Source: a virus. Taken from it: a DNA stretch of 64,000 nucleotides. The stretch is from the IMG/VR virus record IMGVR_UViG_3300044705_000115, positions 1 to 64,000 of that record; one strand, 5' to 3'. A model generated the notes under the pieces. That model had not been told where the DNA came from, ran no database searches, and saw only the letters and a program-made list of their open reading frames with translations. Shown here piece by piece: positions 59,213 to 64,000 of the stretch (within the stretch, counting starts at the first letter, position 1; each line of letters begins with the position of its first letter). Both the position numbers and the translations under genes were made by a program.

Positions 59213-62200
59213 CTACGACCGCGTCAGGACGGCATCTATCACGAGCGAGCCGTTCTCCTCGTGAGCGCCAGCGATGCGGACGCTCTGGCCGCGGTTGATC
59301 AGTACCGCGCCCGGCTCGGTCGAGTACTCGCCCATTGGCAGCGCCGGGGCGCCGGCTGGCACGAGGATGCGCATCACGGCTTTGCCGGTCTCCGCCTGGG
59401 AGGGATCGATCGAGGCGATCAGGTAGCCAGCGTCCCGCAGGCGACGGCCCCGCAGCGCTTCTGCGTCCTGGGCGCCAAGTCCCTCGATCGAAGTCGGCAC
59501 GTAGACGTAGGCGTCTTCGGGCGAGCGCACATCGCGCATCAGCGCGTCCATGACATCGACCGTCTTCGCGTGGTCGCCAGGGTCGCCGGAGCGCAGCGCC
59601 GCGTTGATGGCCTCGCCGCCATCCGCCAGGTCGCCCAGCGCGTGTTCCTCCTCGGGGTAGAGGCCGCCGGCCTTCCTCAGCCCGGCGTCGAGTTCGCGCT
59701 GTGCGTCCGCGCCCTCAGCGGGGCCGGGCAGGCCCTCGGTGCCATCGGCGATCTCCCCCATGAACGAGACCCGCGCCTTCAGGTTTTCGCGCACCCGCTC
59801 GCGCATCGCCTCATCCGCGAAGGGCGCGGCATCGACGAGCGCGTCGATCCGCTGCGGCGTCAGCCGCTCGGCGATGTCCCCAGCCTGGTCGCGGAGCATC
59901 TGGTCGTTCAGCGCCATGCGCCCAAACGCCTGCCCGCCGCCGGGCGCCCGCATCGTCCAAGCCTCGGTCGGCACCGGGCCGTAGGGCTTCGGTTTGCCCA
60001 TCGCCCGGAACTCGAAGGTGCCGCCCTGGTCGAGGCGGATCGGTTCGCCGTCCGGCCCCCAGAGGACGTTGTCCTGGTCGAGTCCGACGACATCCCAGTT
60101 GCCGAGCAGCGCATCGGCCATGAAGCCTTCCCCGAGCGGCTGGCTCTCGCCATTCCAGCGTTCGATGTCGCCGTCGCGGGCGGGGTAGGCGACGGCCGTC
60201 CAGCTCTTGCCGCCAGTGGGGAAGGCGTGCTGCTGGGCAGTGGCCTTGCCGAGCGAAGCGATCTGGCCGCTCCATGCAGAGTTCGCAGCGTCGAAGTCGG
60301 CCTTCGAGACCTCCTGATCACCGACGAAGTAGGTCTTCTTGCCATCAACCGTCTTCACTTTCGGGTCGCCCTTGGGAGGGGGTGACGGCTCCTCGACTGG
60401 CGCCTTTTTGAGGGAGCTATCGACCTGCATCTGACCGGCGTTCGGCACGTCGATCCCCAGCTCGCGGTAGACCGCGTTGGCCAGCAGCTCGCTCGCCACG
60501 CGGTCGCGGTTGCCGCGGTAGGGCTTCACCAGCCATTTGCGCCCGTCTTTGTCGGTGGCGAACTGGGCGCCGTTGGATCCGCCGGCGGGCTTGAAGTCGG
60601 TCAGCCCCGCATCCTCGGCGCTGTAGCTCGGCACGCCGAGTACTGGCGCCGGCGGTTTTTCGGCCAGGCTCATCTGCAGCGCCTTGTCCTCCTCGGCAGG
60701 CGCACGCTGCTCAGTCCCGTCGCTGGGCGCCATCTGCGGCGGCACAGCTTTGCCCAGGCGGTCGTCGGTGATGCCGTGGCGTTCGAGTACCCCGACGGTC
60801 TCGGCGTTGGCGAGGCGCTGTGGCGTCGAGTACAGCTTGCTCTCGCCGTCGGGCTTGGTGAAGCGCATCGAGCCTTTCGGCCCGCGTTTGATGTTCGAGC
60901 CGTCGGCCAGCGTGACCATCTCCGGCGCGGCACTGTTGAACGGCTCGTAAGCGGGCAGCGCCGCCATCTTGCGAAGGAGCGAGCGCCGCGGGTCCGAGTA
61001 GTGCCGCGCGTCGAAGAACTGCGGCCCTGACCCCTTCGTCAGCTTGACCGGCTCCCCAGGCGCGTTCTGCGCGGTCTCCGCAGCGATCTGCGGGGCTTCT
61101 ACCGCTCCCCCCGTGTCCGTGGGTCCATCCCCGGTCTTCGACGGCTCAGCGGCGCTGAGAACGCCCTCGGGGACTACCGGGAGCTTCGTGTCGTAGTCGG
61201 GAACCAGCGCACCGCTCTCGTCGGCGATCCCGAGCTCGTGGTCGCGCTCCCCGCGCAGAGTCGCCCGCACGCGGATGCCAGCTTCGCCGGGCGAGATGCC
61301 CTGCTGCTTGGCGAGCAGCCCGCCGAGCAGAAGTACTCGCGCCTGATGCCCCTGCCGGAAGCCCATCGTCTCCACCAGTCCGGCGCGGGCCTCGGCCGGT
61401 ACGCCCGCCTCATCGAGCAGATGCGCGAGCCGCGTGCGCTCCAGCGTGTACGCGCCTTTGGCCGTGGGGTGGTCGGGGTTGGCCTCGGCCCACTTGCTCG
61501 CGCCCTCGAACCCGTCAGCGGCGAGCCAGCGCTTGCCTTCGATCCGCCCCGTCTCCTCGGCCAGCGCCTCCTCGAGGGCGTAGCCGTCCGGCGTCGAGTA
61601 CTCCTCGGGCGTGACCGGGTTTACCCCGTGGCCGACCGCCTCGTGCGCGGCCCGGGAGTAGAGCAGGTAGCCCCGGCGCTGCGCCTCGGCGTTTTCGGGG
61701 TTGGCCCGCAGCTCGTCGAGATGGCCAGGCGCGTCCTTGCCGATCTCGCTCCTCCCGTCGAACCAGCGCAGCGCCGTGGTGTCGGGCTCGTTGGGGTTTA
61801 CGTCGATCCCCTGAAAGACCGCCTTGGCATCGTGCGCCGCGGCGGCCTCGTCGACCCCGTCCTGAACGCGACCGCGCCAGGCGTGGAAGTCCTTGGGCGG
61901 CCCGCCAGCGTGCGGATGCGTGTCCTCGTTGGCTGAGACCGGGCCGTGGCCGCCGGGCATCTTGTCCACACCGACTTCGCGCAGCCGCTTCGCCGTCTCC
62001 TCGCTCTTCGCCCATGCCCGGCGGTAGCTATCCGGCGTGTGACCGCCGGGCGGGCGCGGCACCGCCACCTTGGCCGAGCCGGCGCGGCCACGCTTCTTGG
62101 TGTTCACGGCCAGCAGGTCGCCGACGGCATCTTTCAGGTCGTGGCTGACTGCTGCGGCGAAGCCGCCGACTTTGGGCATGAACTCCCCGCCCTTGACCGT

Positions 62201-63058
62201 GCCTTTGGCGAAGCGCCGGTCGTAGGGGGCCTCGATCAGGTTCATGGCGACGCGGTGATCCTCCATCGCCTCGACTAGGCGCCGCAGTTCGTCCTCGTCG
62301 GTGACCGCCTCGCGCAACTCGGCGAAGCGTTCCTGAAGCTGGCGGGCCAGTGCGATCCCGTCCTCGGGCGGCGGAGGCGTGAAGTCGTGCGGCAGGAAGC
62401 CCTCGCTGATCGCTTCATCCAACCCGTAGAGGCGGCAGGGGCAGTTGGGGTGGCGCGGAGGGTGGATGACGTCCAGCACCGCCCACGGCCAGAACTTCCC
62501 CGCCATCACCAGGCAGTCGATCGTGTGCGACTTCACGAACGGGCTGAGCCGCCAGTAGGCGCCGAGCGGCGAGGTCCGCTTCAGCGACTCGCGCTCCTGG
62601 GCGGAGATGGAGCGGCTGAGCATCGCTTCCTGCCGCTGGCGGATGTAGCGGAACTCGCGTTCGAGCAGTACTCGCAGGGCGGCTTCGGGGTCGTTGGAGG
62701 AGAGCAGCGCCTTCGGGATGTCGCGCTCGAGCCGCGCTTCCATCTTGCGGATGAACTGCGCCCCGCGGTCGGCCTCCTCCTGGGCCAGCTTGCGCAGCAG
62801 GTCTTCTGGCTCGGCCGGGAACTGCCGGCGGAGCGTCTGCCACAGCCAGAAGATGTCGTCGGAGCCGTTCCCCCAGAACTTCCGCAGCGCCTCGATCGAA
62901 GCGGCGGTGGTGGCGGCGAGCGCGGCTGGCTCGAGGACGGCGGCCCCGGTCGCCGGGATCGCGGTCGCCGCCGCGGCGGTTGCGGCTCCTGCACCGGCCG
63001 CTCCGGCGGCCCCAGCGCCCGAGCTGCGTGGTTCTTCGGCGCGGCGAGGCTGCGGCAT
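59213..63058 (-). CDS. MuF-like head morphogenesis protein with C-terminal extensions (peptidase-like, HipA/PI3K-like kinase, degenerate ADP-ribosyltransferase)
   Basis: HTIDCLVMAGK..PPRHPNCPC (MuF); HEAVGH..LEEALAE; GGSNGA..WLVK..SELLA..NWDVVG..DNVL..RLDQG; INAALR..DAGY..ILVPAG. Confidence 0.85.
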   Translation of the reverse strand: MPQPRRAEEPRSSGAGAAGAAGAGAATAAAATAIPATGAAVLEPAALAATTAASIEALRKFWGNGSDDIFWLWQTLRRQFPAEPEDLLRKLAQEEADRGAQFIRKMEARLERDIPKALLSSNDPEAALRVLLEREFRYIRQRQEAMLSRSISAQERESLKRTSPLGAYWRLSPFVKSHTIDCLVMAGKFWPWAVLDVIHPPRHPNCPCRLYGLDEAISEGFLPHDFTPPPPEDGIALARQLQERFAELREAVTDEDELRRLVEAMEDHRVAMNLIEAPYDRRFAKGTVKGGEFMPKVGGFAAAVSHDLKDAVGDLLAVNTKKRGRAGSAKVAVPRPPGGHTPDSYRRAWAKSEETAKRLREVGVDKMPGGHGPVSANEDTHPHAGGPPKDFHAWRGRVQDGVDEAAAAHDAKAVFQGIDVNPNEPDTTALRWFDGRSEIGKDAPGHLDELRANPENAEAQRRGYLLYSRAAHEAVGHGVNPVTPEEYSTPDGYALEEALAEETGRIEGKRWLAADGFEGASKWAEANPDHPTAKGAYTLERTRLAHLLDEAGVPAEARAGLVETMGFRQGHQARVLLLGGLLAKQQGISPGEAGIRVRATLRGERDHELGIADESGALVPDYDTKLPVVPEGVLSAAEPSKTGDGPTDTGGAVEAPQIAAETAQNAPGEPVKLTKGSGPQFFDARHYSDPRRSLLRKMAALPAYEPFNSAAPEMVTLADGSNIKRGPKGSMRFTKPDGESKLYSTPQRLANAETVGVLERHGITDDRLGKAVPPQMAPSDGTEQRAPAEEDKALQMSLAEKPPAPVLGVPSYSAEDAGLTDFKPAGGSNGAQFATDKDGRKWLVKPYRGNRDRVASELLANAVYRELGIDVPNAGQMQVDSSLKKAPVEEPSPPPKGDPKVKTVDGKKTYFVGDQEVSKADFDAANSAWSGQIASLGKATAQQHAFPTGGKSWTAVAYPARDGDIERWNGESQPLGEGFMADALLGNWDVVGLDQDNVLWGPDGEPIRLDQGGTFEFRAMGKPKPYGPVPTEAWTMRAPGGGQAFGRMALNDQMLRDQAGDIAERLTPQRIDALVDAAPFADEAMRERVRENLKARVSFMGEIADGTEGLPGPAEGADAQRELDAGLRKAGGLYPEEEHALGDLADGGEAINAALRSGDPGDHAKTVDVMDALMRDVRSPEDAYVYVPTSIEGLGAQDAEALRGRRLRDAGYLIASIDPSQAETGKAVMRILVPAGAPALPMGEYSTEPGAVLINRGQSVRIAGAHEENGSLVIDAVLTRS

Positions 63059-63094
63059 CGCAGCAGAGGATAGGCGCGGGGGCGGGCTCTTACC

Positions 63095-63295
63095 TCAGCC
63101 GCACGCTACGCAGAGTACATCCGAGCGCAGTGGCGAGGCGCATCGCTTGCAGACGCCGTAGTCCGGCTTGCAGTCCGGGCAGAGCCATTCGCTGTTCTCG
63201 ACTCGGGCGCAGATGCCGCAGACCGGGCGCTGGCAACCGAAGCAACGGAATGCCTCGTCGTGGTCCTCGCCGTCGCCCTCGCGGTGACAGATCAC
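63095..63295 (-). CDS. Cys-rich Zn-finger protein
   Basis: Multiple CxxC motifs; start uncertain. Confidence 0.6.
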   Translation of the reverse strand: MICHREGDGEDHDEAFRCFGCQRPVCGICARVENSEWLCPDCKPDYGVCKRCASPLRSDVLCVACG

Positions 63296-63582
63296 ACAGG
63301 GTCGCCCTTCCAGTCCGTCCCCTCGACGGGCCGCAGGTCTGTGCTGGCCTTCGCCGCGCATCCGGCACACCAGATGTGGTAGCGGCGGTGCGGTTTGGCG
63401 ATCAGGTACGGCTCGCCCTCGGCGAGTCCCTTCAACTCGACGCTCGGTGGCAGTTTCGCGTAAGAGCCGCAGAGCGTCGGGAGCATGGCGCGGCTGTTGC
63501 GCCGCCCGGCGAAGCTTGGACTGCCGAAATAGGCCGGGTCGGACGGGAGGTGGATGACGATGGGGTCATCCACTGGGCGCAC
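63292..63582 (-). CDS. hypothetical protein
   Basis: IHL..TLCG..WCAGC. Confidence 0.6.
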   Translation of the reverse strand: MRPVDDPIVIHLPSDPAYFGSPSFAGRRNSRAMLPTLCGSYAKLPPSVELKGLAEGEPYLIAKPHRRYHIWCAGCAAKASTDLRPVEGTDWKGDPV

Positions 63583-63826
63583 ACCTCGGGCAGAACTCGC
63601 CGCGCTCGTTGGTGGTCCAGCCCTCCGGCAGCGCTGGCTCGCTGACGCGCTTGATGGAGCCGCAGGAATCGCACATCACGCTCATCGTCTCGGAGCCCGC
63701 GCCGGCGCCGCGGCGAATCGCCTCGGCTCGCATAGAGGCGAAGCGCTCCTCAACCGTCTCCTCGCCGGTCGCCTTCATCTCGATGGTGCCAGTGTCTAAG
63801 TGGAGGATGTTTCGCTTGGTCGGCAT
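63566..63826 (-). CDS. Zn-binding hypothetical protein (leaderless)
   Basis: CDSCG..LPEGW..FCPRC; ATG 6 nt after TAGGAT; first codons CCG ACC AAG match the leader motif. Confidence 0.7.
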   Translation of the reverse strand: MPTKRNILHLDTGTIEMKATGEETVEERFASMRAEAIRRGAGAGSETMSVMCDSCGSIKRVSEPALPEGWTTNERGEFCPRCAPSG

Positions 63827-63941
63827 CGCGCTATCCTAGCCGCCATGCTCCTCAGCTACGGAACCCGGCCCCGCTCCGAGAGCGCTCCCGGCCCGCTGGA
63901 ACGCTAGCGCGGCTCGACCGCGCTTCCTCAGCAGTACTCAT

Positions 63942-64000
63942 GCGTCCGTAGCTCAGATCGGTTAGAGGCACGGCAACGTGTCCAGAGCGTCGCCCTTTCA
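63942..64000 (+). tRNA. 5' half of a tRNA-like gene (anticodon probably TTC) with a hairpin inserted in the D loop; truncated by window end
   Basis: GCGTCCG-TA-GCTC-[AGATCGGTTAGA-GGCACG-GCAA-CGTGTC-CA]-GAGC-G-TCGCC-CTTTCA. Confidence 0.6.

Noticed and set aside
59261-63073. Plus-strand ORFs opposite the MuF gene
   Set aside because: Shadow ORFs; the minus-strand frame carries all recognisable motifs
221-63823. CCGACCAAGGAG copies as CRISPR repeats or attachment sites
   Set aside because: Dispersed, only 12 bp, not regularly spaced, always at gene starts; no cas or integrase gene in the window
1-64000. Stop-codon reassignment or suppressor tRNAs
   Set aside because: Genes terminate normally at TAG, TGA and TAA with tight coupling; no CTA, TCA or TTA anticodon found

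Overview
A high-GC, densely packed, almost entirely minus-strand segment of a large tailed-phage (or prophage/phage-plasmid) genome. The host is probably actinobacterial; the SSB N-terminus and an mIHF-like gene look Thermoleophilia/Solirubrobacterales-like (inference). RNA genes: a Ro60/TROVE (rsr) gene preceded by three tandem Y-RNA-like genes (one tRNA-mimicking YrlA plus two minimal stem-only RNAs), 22 recognisable tRNA genes, and two tRNA-scaffold RNAs with structured insertions in the D-loop (one 222 nt long, also with an extended anticodon arm). Large proteins: two giant putative head-packaged polyproteins (2H-phosphoesterase/ART-like/SH3-like repeats; MuF/peptidase-like/kinase/pseudo-ART) and a tail-fibre-like module. 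About 100 small genes include Fic, HIT, HAD-IIIA, an N6-type methyltransferase, two HNH nucleases, an AAA ATPase, a ParB-like protein and a rearranged papain-like protease. A conserved 5'-leader motif CCGACCAAGGAG occurs 19 times (12 exact) just downstream of TANNNT -10 boxes, and many other genes appear leaderless. All calls come from reading motifs by eye; no database search or folding software was run.
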